Shown: piece by piece, positions 35,473 to 49,023 of the stretch
How the letters are laid out: every line of letters begins with the position of its first letter
Numbering within the stretch: the first letter of the stretch is position 1
DNA from: Octopus vulgaris
Taxonomy: Eukaryota
DNA length: 64,000 bases
NCBI GenBank assembly: GCA_951406725.2
Contig: OX597816.1
Span: 82,150,001 to 82,214,000, forward strand
Direction: 5' to 3'
Position numbers and translations under genes: made by a program
The notes under the pieces: generated by a model
Told to the model about the DNA's origin: nothing
Databases searched by the model: none
The model's input: the letters and a program-made list of their open reading frames with translations, nothing else

Positions 35473-37122
35473 GGCATAACTACATATTTCTGCCCCCCCC
35501 CCCAACTTTGGATGAGCATAACTTTCATAAAAATGGATATCTTTTTATGAAATTTTCTACGAATATGTGTTATATCGTAGATTCCGAATATACAAAATTT
35601 TGGAGGAAAAGTGTTTTAGGAGTGGGTCGGGTGGGAAATTTCGGAAAATTCACCGGAGTCCACTTCAATTCGTCTTAACTTTCAAGAAAATGGATATTTT
35701 TAAATAAAATTCTCTACAAATATACCTCGGACTATGTAGATTCCGAGGACATAAGAATTTTGATAGAAAACTATTGGGGGTTACTTTTGAGAACTGTTCC
35801 CCCCACTCGTGGGTGTTTCATCCATATTTATTTTATTTTCTCCGTTTTGTGTGTTTGTGCATCCGTACATTTCTACTGAAGCAACTAACAGGCAATAAAA
35901 GCAAATGAAGACCTCACCAGAAAACTCATTATGCTAAAAATAACAGCTAAAGGAAACGAATATGAAAAAAATGCACGCAAAGCAAAAGGAGGGCGAGGAG
36001 AGGACTGCGGAAAATTCACAAGTTCCGAGTTTTTCCCTCATAACTTTTGGGAAAATGGCAAAGAAATTATATAGAAATACCTTTCAAACGGCACATACAT
36101 TACGATTATAAAGAAATTTGTGGGGAAAATCTTTTTCAACGGGGTGAGGAGAGGACTTCGGAAAATTCACAAAATTCGAGTTTTTCCCTCATAATAGTTT
36201 GTTTTTTTAAATTTTATATGAATACCTTTGTAATGGTATACATTATGACTATAATTTGTGGGAAAAAATCTTGCGGTGGGGAGAGGACTTTCGGAAAATT
36301 CCCAAGATTCGAATTTTGCCTCGTTATATTCCGAAATCACATTCAACTTTCTACAGCTACCCTAGTACGTAATGTTTGTTTCTACCCTCTTTCAATAAAA
36401 GTCCTCTCCTCACCCTTTGGAAAAGAATTTCGCCACTAATTTCTTTATAATCGTAATGTGTGTCGTTTGAATGGTATTTCTATAAAATTTCATGTTATTA
36501 AGACGACTTATCTGTTTCATACGATTTTTTTTTTTTTCACTTTAAGTAAATTCCCAGGTATACGTTTCTAATAGAAAGGCAGAAGACACCAGAAGCAAAA
36601 ATAAGGAATATACACGCACAGTTAAATATAGAAGTGTAATTTGTTATAGAATATCTATAATAAACATGATATTGCATGGAATAATTCACCGTTTGAACTT
36701 TTTTAATTACATGTGTGTGTGTGTGTGTGGGTGGTAGAAATCTACGGATGCTCAAACGCGCAAAATGGAGAAAATGAAACAAATATGGACTTGTTCAGAA
36801 ACACTCGCGAGTGGGGAACAGTTCTCAAAAATAACTCCCAATTGTTTTCCACCAAAATTCTTATGTCCTCGGATTCTACATAGTCCGAAGTAAAAAATAT
36901 TCATTTTCTTCAAAGTTAAGACGAATTGAAGTGGACTCCGGTGAATTTTCCGAAATTCCCCACTGGACCCCCTCCTAAAACACTTTATCCCCCAAATTTT
37001 GTATATTCGGAATCTACGATATAACACATATTCGTAGGAAATTTCATTAAAAAATATTCATTTTTCTGAAAGTTATGCTCATCCAAATTTGGGGGGGGGG
37101 GGCTGAAATCTGTAGTTATGCC
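35473..37122. mobile_element. Non-autonomous long-TIR DNA transposon (Merlin- or MULE-like)
   Basis: ~400-bp TIRs starting GGCATAACTAC (35473-~35877 and ~36734-37122); perfect 8-bp TSD AAAAATAT at 35465-35472 and 37123-37130; no transposase ORF. Confidence 0.88.
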
Positions 37123-38864
37123 AAAAATATATTTATTTCAAGTGATGGCCGCATGGAAAACGGGCATTAAATGATAATTCTAATCATTATTTCTTAAATA
37201 TTCATCTTAGTATATTGTACTACTTATATGGTTATAGTGTTATACATAATACAGTAAGTAACCTCCCTTGTGGCACGAAAGCCTGCGTCTGCATGACCTC
37301 TATTGTGATCTTGTCACGATAAAATACAGAGTGGCTGGTATTAGGAAGAATATTTACTCATAGAAACCATATAAAAGAAATATTTTTGTACCATACTCCA
37401 GTATTTGCCCTTGCGGTTACCTTCTGTAGCCACAGTGTTATTGTGATCACCGTTGTTATTGTTACTTTATTGTTGCTGGTGTTGTTTTATTCAATCATTG
37501 TTTAAACTGGAATATATTTTCTTAATTTTATTGTTCGTGTAGTAAGCTACGAAATTCTTGCATTCTCTTGTGGTCCCAGCAGACAATGGAAAAGGCAATG
37601 CCCCACAGGGTGGCAAGGAGAATGCTTTTGGACAGGCACTCTGAATCCCAGGGCTATGAAAACCATATTGTTTTCATATTTTTGCTTCCATTTATATGTC
37701 TTGTCCACATGATTGTGGTACTTATTACCACCCAGTGACATTAAATTCACAATTGTGTATAAACACTGTCATTGCAGTGTTTGTATATTCTACTGTGAAT
37801 GCATCAAGCAATGAACCTATGCATGTAGGCTTTCCTAACCTTAATTAAGGGCACTGAACTCTATGAACATCTCCTAGCCCTATTAGTTGAAGAAAAGACA
37901 GATAAACACTTTTAAATACTTTAGTGTATAGCTACTTCTAGTTACTGTATGAACGTTTTGATTATTTCTTGTAGATCCAACTGTTATTTTTATTTTATAT
38001 CACAAATGAGGAACAATAATGTTGTTGGTTTTAGATTCCTAGTTTTAACATCTACTGGAATGAGAGTGACAAAGAATAATCTGTTAAAAACATACTATTT
38101 TAAAAATTATTCTTTATAAGAATATAATCAACCCAACCCTTTTAATTAAACTGGTTTCATCAGTTCTTTGACTTCCATTATTTGACAGCACTGTCATTGG
38201 AATGCCAAATCTAGGAAAGACAAATAATAGAAATTTTGTTTCGTTTTTCAGCATTATTACTATTTTGGTTTCCTTACTAATAATTACAACATTCACCATT
38301 TGTAAATAAATGCTACATGCATATATTTAGTAAATATTCTTTACCTTCATTGTATTAAATAGTTACTGTGATTAAATCAAAAGGTTCTGTCTGCTGAAGG
38401 GAATGAAGAGCAACTTGAGTAGTTTTGCTTGTTATTTCCAGTTCAAAGCTACTCTTGAAAAATGCAATGAACAACAGAGACCTGTAGTCTAACCACATGG
38501 TCTATCTGCATAACTTAGCCATAAGTATGTATAGTAAATGTATGCATGTAAATTAATTTATAAACTTAAGAACGTGGACACTGTATTAGTACTTTGTGTG
38601 TGTATATATATATCTGTATATGTAATATGTGACAATTATTTCATGTTGTTCCAGTTAAGTCAACTGTAGAAATAAGATGTGATGTCACTCATGCCAAGCT
38701 ATATCAGCATTTGCCTTTCCCTTGGACAACATTGATGACATAGATAGGGAAGACTGCTATGCATGGGCAACTGCTGGTCCTCCACAAACAAATTTACCCA
38801 AATTTGTGTCTTGGAGGGGAACTTTCTAGGTCCAGTACCATGATCATTCATGACCAAAAGTGGT

Positions 38865-38898
<34 letters not shown>

Positions 38899-39866
38899 GT
38901 GTGTGTGTGTGTGTGTGTGTGTACATGTATATATACACACACACACACACATGTACACATCAAACTCTTGCACTGATTTTGTCTACCATATTCCATTTCC
39001 ATGGCTTTTGTCAATCTAAGACTACAGTAGAAAAATACTTTCCCCAAACACTGCCAGATCTGACTGGCCTGGTGCAGCCTTCGGGCTCCCCAGACTCCAG
39101 TTGAACCGTCCAACCCATACTAGCATGGAAAGCGGACGTTAAATGAGGATGATGATGATGATAATGAATGCTACACTTGTATCAAGCCCAGCACCATGTA
39201 TTTGTAAAACAAACTTAACTATACAGCCATGCCAGCTCTGAGAACATATTTTGAGATATATTCTTCAAGTTGACCTCTTTTCTTCTAATTATGCACCAGC
39301 TTTTCATTTATTCTATTCATCCTTGCTGCAAGAATGCTGTTTGAAGAGTTTGTAAAGGCAACGACCTTCACTTTGAAATTTGCATTATATGTCATTGTGT
39401 GTATTAAATAAGTTCAAGAAAGCAAAAAGACATGCTAGCCTTTTAGCTCCGTTTATGGAGTTATACTGATGTGATGGTTTCTGAATATGTATGTATATGT
39501 TATGTGTATATCATAAGCAAATATTATACCCTTCCTAACACCAACCACTTTATAGGATGTAATGGGTGCTCATTTTGTGATACCAGCATTCGTGAGTTTG
39601 CCCTGTAGCTTGCAAGACAAAGATTCCTTTGAATGTACGGGACTATTGTAGAGAGCAAGGCAGTTTCAAACTAGGTGGTGAAATGTTAAAATGTGAAGGA
39701 AGGGGACTAGAATATTTGTTCTAGTCCTTCCTTTCTTACTTTAACTTTTTATGTCATTTAACATAAAGTTGTCTCCCACTTTACTGTAGTCTTATTTAGT
39801 GGAAGAGGATCTTAGTCTTGTGACCTACATGTTCACATCACCATAAATATAAAATATGTATATATT

Positions 39867-40226
39867 GGCTGTGTGGTAAGTAGCTTGCTTACCAACCAAA
39901 TGGTTCCAGATTCAGTCCCACTGGGTGGCACCATGGGCAAGTGTCTTCTATAGCCTTGGGCTGACCAAAGCCTTGTGAGTGGATTTGACAGACAGAAACT
40001 GAAAGGAGCCTGTCATATATATGTGTGTGTGTGTGTCTGTGTTTGTCCCTCCACCATTGTTTGACAACCGATGTTGGTGTGTTTACATTTCTGTAACTTA
40101 GAAGTTCGGCAAAAGAGACCAATAGAATAAGTACTAGGCTTACAAAGAATAAGTCCTGGGGTTGATTTGTTCGACTAAAAGGTGTTGCTCCAGCATGGCC
40201 ACAGTCAAATGACTGAAACAAATAAA
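39867..40226 (+). repeat. tRNA-derived SINE (second family)
   Basis: ggctgtgtggtaagtagcttgcttaccaacc...ttcagtcccactg...ggcaagtgtcttc...cagcatggccacagtcaaatgactgaaac; inverted partner at 40849-41224. Confidence 0.85.
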
Positions 40227-40696
40227 TGAATACACACACACACATATGAGAGCAGACTTATGATTAAAATCCTTCCAGCTGTCACCAATCTTATCAAGAG
40301 TGTATCTGGGACTACTACTTTATCCAGTGTGTGATTTGAGGGAAATTTAGATGCTATTTCTAGTAGGCCAAGCTAGTATGTTTAAGTACATGTAATATTC
40401 CTCAAGCTGTGACCAAATTAACAAGATTACTTGACCTAGAAATAATAACCAAATGCCCCTAGAATCACCCACTGGAGAATATTTAAAAAAGATGGAATTA
40501 TGGTGAATGATTTAAAGCTAAAAATAAAAATTATTTTAAACTAAAATAAAATAAAATACTCTCCATAAACTAATTTTTATATTAACTGGATTAACGAAAA
40601 TAGAGAGAAATATGTTATTAATTAATACTAATTTGAATTCATTGGTTTCAATGATTTTCTATATTCTTAATATATTTTTATTTTATTTTACTTTAG

Positions 40697-40765
40697 AGCT
40701 CTCAGCATCTTTTCGAGGCCGTCCCTTAAATGGTAAAATTTTGACACCTCCTCCTGGATATGAAA
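40697..40765 (+). CDS. RNASEH2C: Ribonuclease H2 subunit C, exon 2
   Basis: ttttactttag acceptor and A|gtgagt donor. Encodes ELSASFRGRPLNGKILTPPPGYE, with the signature FRGRxLxG....PxGY. Confidence 0.93.
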
Positions 40766-40848
40766 GTGAGTTGAGAAAATTTCGGTACATCCATTTTCTT
40801 TCTCTTGCTTTGAGTAAAAAGAAATGATATTATGTACTATGCTGTCTA

Positions 40849-41224
40849 CTCTTTACTCTTTTACTTGTTTAAGTCATTTGACTGTGGCCATGCTGGAGCA
40901 CCACCTTTAGTTGAACAAATCGACCCCAGGATTTATTCTTTGTAAGCCTAGTACTTATTCTATCAGTCTCTTTTGCCAAACCACTAAGTTACGGGGATGT
41001 AAACACATCAGCATTGGTTGTCAAGCGATATTAGGGAGACAAACACAGACACACAAACATATACAACGGGCTTCTTTCAGTTTCTGTCTACCAAATCCAC
41101 TCACAAGGCTTTGGTCGGCCTGAGGCTATAGCAGAAGACACTTGCTCAAGGTGGCACGCTGTGGGACTGAACCTGGAACCATGTGGTTGGTAAGCAAGCT
41201 ACTTACCACACAGCCACTCCTACG
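40849..41224 (-). repeat. tRNA-derived SINE (second family), inverted relative to 39867-40226
   Basis: Its reverse complement aligns along the whole length of the 39867 copy. Confidence 0.85.
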
Positions 41225-41811
41225 ACTATGTGACTTAGGTATGGCATTTAACCTATTTAACCTTCTCTCCTATTCACTGTACCTTATTGTCCATTTAATG
41301 AGGGATGATATTGAAGCCATATTTATTCATTCCCCATCGCTGTCATCCTCTACTTCTTTCACTCATCATGATGCCTATGTATAAAGGATTTCATTGTATC
41401 TGTACCCAATACACTCTACCATCATTCTCTCTTCCCAGGCTTCATCATCTCTAACATTGCCTATCTTTATTAATAGGCATTGCTCTTTCTACCACTCTCT
41501 CACTCCACTTCTAACCTTGTTCATTTAATCTACATAACATGATTTTTCTTGTCATTGTTCTCTCAGATATTCACTTTCTGGGTCATGTTGCTTTGAGCTA
41601 ATGAATCCACCAGTAAGTAGTGAGGACTCTCTAGTCTTACATTGCAGAAGGCAACATCACTAATGCTGGTGCTGCTATGAAATACATCCAATACACACTA
41701 TACAGTGGATGTGGAATGAACAGAGACAACATAAGGTTGAGAAAACTCTTTAGTGTTAAGAACAGGGTGACCTCTTAGTGCTGGAGCCATAATGAAATGC
41801 ACACAGTATAC

Positions 41812-44121
41812 CAGGGGTTCCCAACCTTTTTTTTGCTGTGGACCACCAAAATAAGTAATTTTTTCCTGTGGACCACCTCAAATTTTAAATTTATTATAAA
41901 AGAACTGCTCCTCATAAATATTAGTATCATTTTCACTTTGCAATGAAAGTTCTTTTTTCATTCTTGAAAGGAACATCACAGAGAACAAATAACAAAACCA
42001 ATTAGCAAATTCTCAAGAAAGCTTTATTTGATAGATAGAATCGAATAGAAAAGGTTACTGAGTCATGGAAAACACCCCCTTCTATTCAGAAAGAAAAGCT
42101 GTACAATTAAAATATAACAATGTGAAGGGTAAATTCAAAAAATCTGAGGAGTGAAAGTTGGGATCAGTACAAAAGGTCATGTAAATGCTTGAGGAAATAT
42201 AACGAATTAACTTAAAAACGTCAGTGACAAGTCGTCAGGAAAAACGTCAAGAAACCTTCAGTGAGACTCTTGAGCTTGCTTTTTATTCACAAGCTGAGAA
42301 ATCCTTGGCTCAAGTGAATTCTCAAATCAGCATTGTTATCAAGGTTCAAATGCCTCCACTACTTTGTGAACAAGTGGAGGAAAATCCCTTCTCAGCCAAG
42401 TAGGATGTCGGGAGATTTATAATAAAAGGCTCGACTTGTTCAGACAGCTTTGGATATTCGTGAGAATGATTCAACCAAGCCTCAACCCAGTTGTTTTCAG
42501 ATGATTTGTGCTGATTATCATCTACCGTCGTCTCACATAGCTCCATCTGAACGCATTCTGGTTGAACAAGTATATCATTCATAGACATTGTGTGAAGAGA
42601 GTCCACAAAAATTGGGATATTTAAAGCAAAAAGATCTTCAAAACAAATTTTGAAGTTTTCATGAAGGAAAGATAGGTGCCTGATTATATATTTGTGCAAG
42701 TCGTTATCTACCACAACGATTTTTAAGTTTGCGAACTGCAGAAAGTTATGATCTTCAATTTGAAGTTTCCAAGGAACGAGTTTATTCACAAACGTTCTTA
42801 TAAGTGTCTGGCTTGTACAATGTTGATGTTTTGCTTTTGTAAAGAAATATTGAGATCATTAAGTTTTTGAAAGATTTCATGTAAATAAAAAATTACAGGT
42901 TTTTTCTGAGAAAGTGATGCTGTCATAGTTGGATCAGTCTGTTGAAAAAACTCTATGACTTTATCAAAAAGTGCCACAAAACGTCTGAGACAACTTCCCA
43001 TTGATAGCCAGTGTATATCTATCGAATACAACAGACGGTTGAATGTTTCATCTTTACAAGCTTCTTGAAAATGCCTGTCTTAACCCTTTCGTTACCAACC
43101 CGGCTGAATCTGGCTCTGAGTACAAATGTCTTGTTTTCATTAGTTTTGAATTAAAATCTTCCACCAAACCTTAGTCACACTTTATGTTCCTAACACCAGC
43201 TTAATGATAACGAAGTTATTTTACTTAATTCTTTGTTATATCTAAAATAATTGAGAGAAACACAGAGCATCCCAAAATAAATACAGTAACAAAAGGGTTA
43301 ATGAGCAGATCTTTTAATTTTTTTTATTGCAGAAGTAATTAAGTCTAGAGTTTCAGAAAATATATTATTTCTGGTTCTTTTTACTATCAGGTTTTCTCAA
43401 TGGAGAATGCAATGAATTGTGAAGACGGGACTAAATTCTATCCATCTGGCAACAAAACCCTGGGATTTGCCAATCATAGATGGTGCTCCATCAGTGCATA
43501 TTAATATGAGGTTGAGGGAATCAATGCCATTTTTAGTAAGACAGTCCATGACTGCATTGTAGATCATCTCTCCTGTGTTTTTCAGTACGATCTTCATAAA
43601 GAGTAGGTTTTCACAAACTGCAGTAGCTTTCACATAGCAAGCAAAGGCAAGGACAACACATTTGTAGTCAAAAGTGCTGTCATCCACCATCACTGAGAAT
43701 CTGCAGATTACAATTAGACTAAAATTTGCATAAAGATGTACGTACCTGGAGAGATAATACGATATGTTGGGTAAGCTGTAAGAACTGCGGTTTCATGAGT
43801 AATCCTCAATTCAAAATTCAGGTAGAAAACATGATCGCATTGACCGGCCAAGAACACACAATTTTTTGTGTTTTTAATGTGCGCAAACATGGATCTGATT
43901 GTACGCGTCCGTGTATGATTGAATAGCTAATTGTCCAATGGGCAATGAGTGAACTTGTATGTGTGCATGCATATGTGATGAAGCATATTTCATTTGTGCT
44001 CCATGTGCGTGTACAGAAAAATTTTAATTCTTCAGGTGGACCATCTGAATTTTCCTGTAGACCACCCGAATTTTCCTATGGACCACCTAGTGGTCCACAT
44101 GGATCAGGTTGGGAACCCCTG
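41812..44121 (-). mobile_element. hAT (Buster/Charlie-type) DNA transposon, decayed and internally deleted
   Basis: TIRs CAGGGGTTCCCAACCT at both ends; 8-bp TSD cagTAtac/cagTAcac (7/8, central TA). Transposase remnants VDDST, CTDGAPSMIG, IHCILH, WLSMGSCLRRF and LPTSYLAEKGFS lie in broken ORFs. Confidence 0.93.
43084..43297 (+). mobile_element. piggyBac-type MITE nested in the hAT transposase
   Basis: TTAA TSDs at 43080-83 and 43298-301; CCCTTTCGTTAC / GTAACAAAAGGG termini. Confidence 0.88.
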
Positions 44122-46219
44122 CAGTACACTATAAAGTGGTTGGTTTTTGAAGGGCATAAAGTGGTTGGTTTTTGAAGGTCTTGAAGCGTAGTAACTATTG
44201 GCTCCAGTTCTGCTATGATAGTTTGTTGGCTAATTTCACTTTTGTCCACTGCTCTCTCTTCTTTCTATCATCAATGCTATCATGTCCACAATGCAATTTT
44301 TATGTAAATGATATAACATTCCATTCTTTACTAATCTTCCCCAACCATACATCATTCACACATCAAATCTGCACTGATTCCATGAACAGATATCTTGAAA
44401 GCATCTTCCAGTAAGAATATCTTGTTTCGTTTAATGGCAAGAAAACATAAATGCTGCTGATATCTAAAAGAAATCATTGCACCACATGCTCTTAAACATG
44501 AGAAGCATGCAGGCCTTGCAAAAGTACATCTTTAGCATTATAAGGACCACATCCCAATAACGCCTTCTTTTCAGGATCAGAAGTACTCCAGCCCCCGAGA
44601 ATTATGGTAAGGTCAACAATGGAAAATTGCTCCATATCTGGGATGGTGCTGCTATTCCACGCATACATAGCATAGGCCACATCCAGGAAAGAGCCACACA
44701 AGTGATTGGCATAAATTCACTCATAAACATGCTTTAGCCTCTGATCCATTCTGAATCAGCTCTTATTCACTTAGATGGGTTGGAGGACTGCACATTGCTC
44801 ATATGTTTCATTTTTGCTTAGTTTCTATGGCTGGATTCTGTTCTTAAAACCAGTTGCTTTTTTTGTACTACATTCATTTTATCATGGGCACCATTACTAA
44901 GAAAAACTGTCATGTCTTCAGCAAAAATGAATGATTTGCCATCTACCAGTTTACATAGTATACTACCAACAATAGTGGAGTTGCCATGTACCCTGAAGAT
45001 TTGAGCCCTTGCTGCTCTGTAAAATGTTTGTTCATTTAGGGTTACTTGACTGAGGAGATGAATAGAAGTGACAGGTGTGACAAAAGAATGAGGATGAGTG
45101 GGAGAGAAACGAGAGAGTGATGGTAGAAATGAATGGGTTGATAGATTGGTGTAAGTTATAAGAAAGTGATGAATACAAGAGCAGTGGATTATGGATTTCA
45201 ATACCAGGTGATCTAAGAGGAGAGTATAGAAGAAGTAATGGTAGATATTCCTTGGGGTGAGCAAGAAAGTTAGGTAACCAGCATGAGAGGGCAGGATTGA
45301 TTGAATTCATCTACGAAGCAATTGCCCCAGCTCCCCTTCAGGGTTGGCGAAAACGATGTGGTGGACAACGAAAAATCTGGCTGATGACAGCCAAGGCTAT
45401 TCTGGAACCCAACCTAGGCCCTCATGTCTACAGCATTCACCGCTGGAATGAGTGGTTGGAGATCATGTGGTCGTTAGCCTCAAATCGCCAGGCCTGGTTG
45501 GCATTTGTGAGAGATGCAGCATTGTCTATTTTCTCTAGTCTATTTTCTAGTCTAGTTCAAAGCATCTTGATTGCAAGTCATGTTTGTATATCTGGTGTTT
45601 CTTCTCTATATCTCCTATAGATTCAACTGTAAGAAAGAGATTATTAGCAAACTCCTTTTTGGTGGGTTCAAAGGACTATAATAAACAGGAAGGGGCTGAG
45701 GAAGAGTCCCCTCCTGCTTATAGTCCACTATACTCACTGCCAACTCTTACCTTGTTGACTGCCTCTGTATATGGTTTGAACAGCCCTTACAAGCCATTCA
45801 TCTATTCCTAATTTTCTTAGCAGCAACTTTTCTGTTACAGACTATTGGACTCTGCCAGTCAATAAATGCTTTGTATCGTAGCTTATTCCTAACCAAGAAT
45901 TTCTCCTGCAGTTATCTCACTAGAAAGGGCTAGTACATCTTCCAGGCACCTAACCAAATTGCATTTCATCTAGTGTACCTCTCTTCTTGATTATTTGTGC
46001 GAAAACATTTTCAGTAAATTTCATAATCTGGTCTATCAACTTATTGTCTCTGTACTTTTTCCTCTCTATAGTAGTTTACGATATTGTTACAACACCTTCC
46101 TGTGCTGCACAATTGGCTAAGCACTTGTTTACCATGTGACGTACCTTCTCCGATATTTTCAACATCTCAGTGACTGCACCTGGTGGTCCAGTTGCCTTTT
46201 TTTACCTTTGTAGCATTAA

Positions 46220-46440
46220 CCCTTTTGTTACTGAATTTATTTTGAGATGTTCAGTGTTTCTCCCAATTATTTTAAATATAACAAAGAATTAAGTAAAATA
46301 ATTTAGTTATCATTAAGCTAGTGTTAGGAGCATAAATTGTGACTAAGGTTTGGTGGAAGGTTTTAATTCAGAATTTTTGAAAACCAGACATTTGTACTAA
46401 AGAGCCAGAGCCGGTTTCAGCCGGGTTGGTAACGAAAGGG
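46220..46440 (-). mobile_element. piggyBac-type MITE, same family as 43084-43297, opposite orientation
   Basis: TTAA at 46216-19 and 46441-44; its reverse complement aligns with the 43084 copy. Confidence 0.88.
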
Positions 46441-46740
46441 TTAATCACTCTATCTACTATACTGCTATCAACTTGGGTGACCAACCCTTCTTTTTCTACT
46501 TAGAGCATTTCATCTCTACTCCATGCATTCTCAACATTCAATAATCTTTCTTATTAACATTTTCATGCTTCTTTTTTGCACATTGGTAAGGGGACTTCAC
46601 CCAATGAGATCACAATTTTAACACACATTCTTGCAATCCAAAACACCTTACACACATTGTAGAACAGCTGAATGGTTGAAGCCAGTAAAAGAATGTGTAT
46701 GTACACATATGCTTATTTATTTTCCGAAATCCACTTTCAG

Positions 46741-46904
46741 GTATGATTGTAAAAGAGAAAAAAGTACCACTGTCTGAAGAAGAAGATAGACAATTTTCTA
46801 TTGTTGCCAGAGTTCCTCAGTTTACGTATTGGAATCTTGATAAACCTATTACAGAAGAAGACAAACTTGCTAAGGCTTTAGTTTTTACAGAAATAGCTCG
46901 TGAG
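46741..46904 (+). CDS. RNASEH2C: Ribonuclease H2 subunit C, exon 3
   Basis: ccactttcag acceptor and GAG|gtaaaa donor. Encodes SMIVKEKKVPLSEEEDRQFSIVARVPQFTYWNLDKPITEEDKLAKALVFTEIARE (FTYWNxD...D...AL..xxIA motif). Confidence 0.93.
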
Positions 46905-48954
46905 GTAAAATTTTTGTTTTTGTTATTGTTATTGAGCAAAAAGCTATGCAGTATGTAGTTGCAGTTCTTTACATTCTAAATTTAAATCCCACTTAGGTTG
47001 ATTTTCACCTTTTTTTTTTAACTTCCAAACAGGAAAAAAATGAGTACTAGTCAAGTACTAGCATTAATATAATTGATTCTTAAAGTGCTCTACAGCAGAC
47101 ATCCACTCCTGTTGCCAAATCCTGAGTTGTATGAAACCATACTTTAAATAGTTCCCACTTTTGAACCTAAAACAGTAACACTAAGTTCTCTTTTGTGCAA
47201 GAAATATGGTTTAGCCTCATTTTAGAAAGAACTTGACCTCTCAAAGACTTCCTGTTTGCACTGGGTGCTTTCTTTTTACGTGCCACCAGCACAGAGCCAG
47301 TCAAGGGGTACTGGTGTCAATCATGTTTGGATGGTACTTTTTAAAGTTCCACCGGCATAAGAGCCAGTCAGTGTGTACTGGCATTGACCATGATTGGTTG
47401 GTGCTTTTTACGTGCCATCAGCATGGGACCCAGTCAGGCGGACTTGGCATTGACCACATATATATGAGAGTGAGAGAGCAACAGGAGCAGTATTAATACC
47501 AAAATGTAAAATATTCACCACTTAAAAGTGGATGTTGTATTAAAACTCACAATACTGTAATAATTACCAAGAGAGAAACTCTCATTTTGGTTTTACAGTG
47601 CATAAAAGCATGTCATTGTTATCGCCACCAATTCCACTCCCAGGACTACTATATTGTGTGATTTCAGTCATTGGACTGGAGCACAGCCTTAAAAGGTCTA
47701 GTCAAATAAATCAATCCCAGTACTCATTTTTTAAGTCAGGAGATGTAGACAGACCAACACTTGTTGTCAAGCAGTAGGAAAACAAAGATAAAGACACGCG
47801 CACACACATACACACACACAAACATAACAGACTTTCTTACAGTTGCAATTGATCAAATTCACTCACAAAGCATTGGTCAGCCTGAAACTATATAGTTGAA
47901 GAAATTTGCCCACGGTGAAATGCAGAACCCAAGATCATGGAGTTGCAAAAACGAGTTTCTCATCTACACAGCTATGTCTGTGCCTTTGTCCAGAAACGGT
48001 CACCAGCATAAACAATATACTATATTTTCTGATATATTCTATCCATGAATATGATTAAATTTCAAAACTTAAATCATCATCATTTAGTGTCTGCTTTCCA
48101 TGCTAGCATGGGTTAGATGGTTTGATTGAAACTGGTAAGCTGGAGAGCTGCACCAAGTTCCAGTCTGATTTGGCATGGTTTTTACGGCTGGATGCCCTTC
48201 CTAATGCCAACCAATCTAAGAGTGTAATGGGTGCTTTTTCTGTGTTACTAGCATGGGTGCCAGTTACATGACACTGGCATCAGCCACCACTACAATTTCA
48301 CTTGGCTTGATGAGTCTTCTCAAGCATAGCCCATCACCAAATGTCTTGATCACCTGTCATCACCTCAGCAAGGCCCAGCATTTGAAGATCATGCTTCACC
48401 ACCACATCCCATGTCTTCCTGGGTCTGCATCTTCCACAGGCTCCCTCCACAGTCAGAAGTCGACACTTCTTAAAACAGCTGTCCTCATCTTAAACAAGGT
48501 TTACGAAAATTTTCAGAGGTGTAGTTGAGAGGGTTCATCATTTTGGTTGTTGCTAATGTCTTCAGGATGAGGACCCTGAGTCTGTTAATCCACAATTATT
48601 TTAGAAACATCAATTCATGTACTGAAGGGCATCTTTACAAATGAAAGGGTAGCTTGGTTACATGTCCAACTCCTTTTTACCCTTATTTGCACCCACTAAA
48701 CTTGTTGAGTCTATAATCTTATCAAAATCTTCAAATTCAGTAAAAGCCGACACTTTGGATTTGAAGAATTTTCAGTATTTTCGACAGCTGCAGCAAGCCT
48801 CTTTCAAACAAGCTGTCGTATAGTCATCATATATTGATCTAAAAAAAAATTCTTTTAATTAATAGAAGTTTGAATTACCTGCAAATGCATTTTCTGTTTT
48901 TTCCCCCTTATTTAACTATTTAAATATTGAACAAATTCTTCTGTGTATTTCCAG

Positions 48955-49023
48955 CTCCATCAACGAGAAGAGGTGGAGGAAGATGATGAATGTAAAAATG
49001 ATGGCAGTAGTAGTAAAGATTGA
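48955..49023 (+). CDS. RNASEH2C: Ribonuclease H2 subunit C, exon 4 (terminal)
   Basis: ctgtgtatttccag acceptor. Encodes LHQREEVEEDDECKNDGSSSKD*, supplying the conserved terminal 'A..LH'. Total CDS is 450 nt (149 aa). Confidence 0.85.
   Translation, partial: LHQREEVEEDDECKNDGSSSKD

Noticed and set aside
42346-43693. ZBED8/SCAND3-like domesticated gene
   Set aside because: The ORFs are fragmented, interrupted by a MITE and flanked by TIRs and TSD: a dead transposon, not a host gene.
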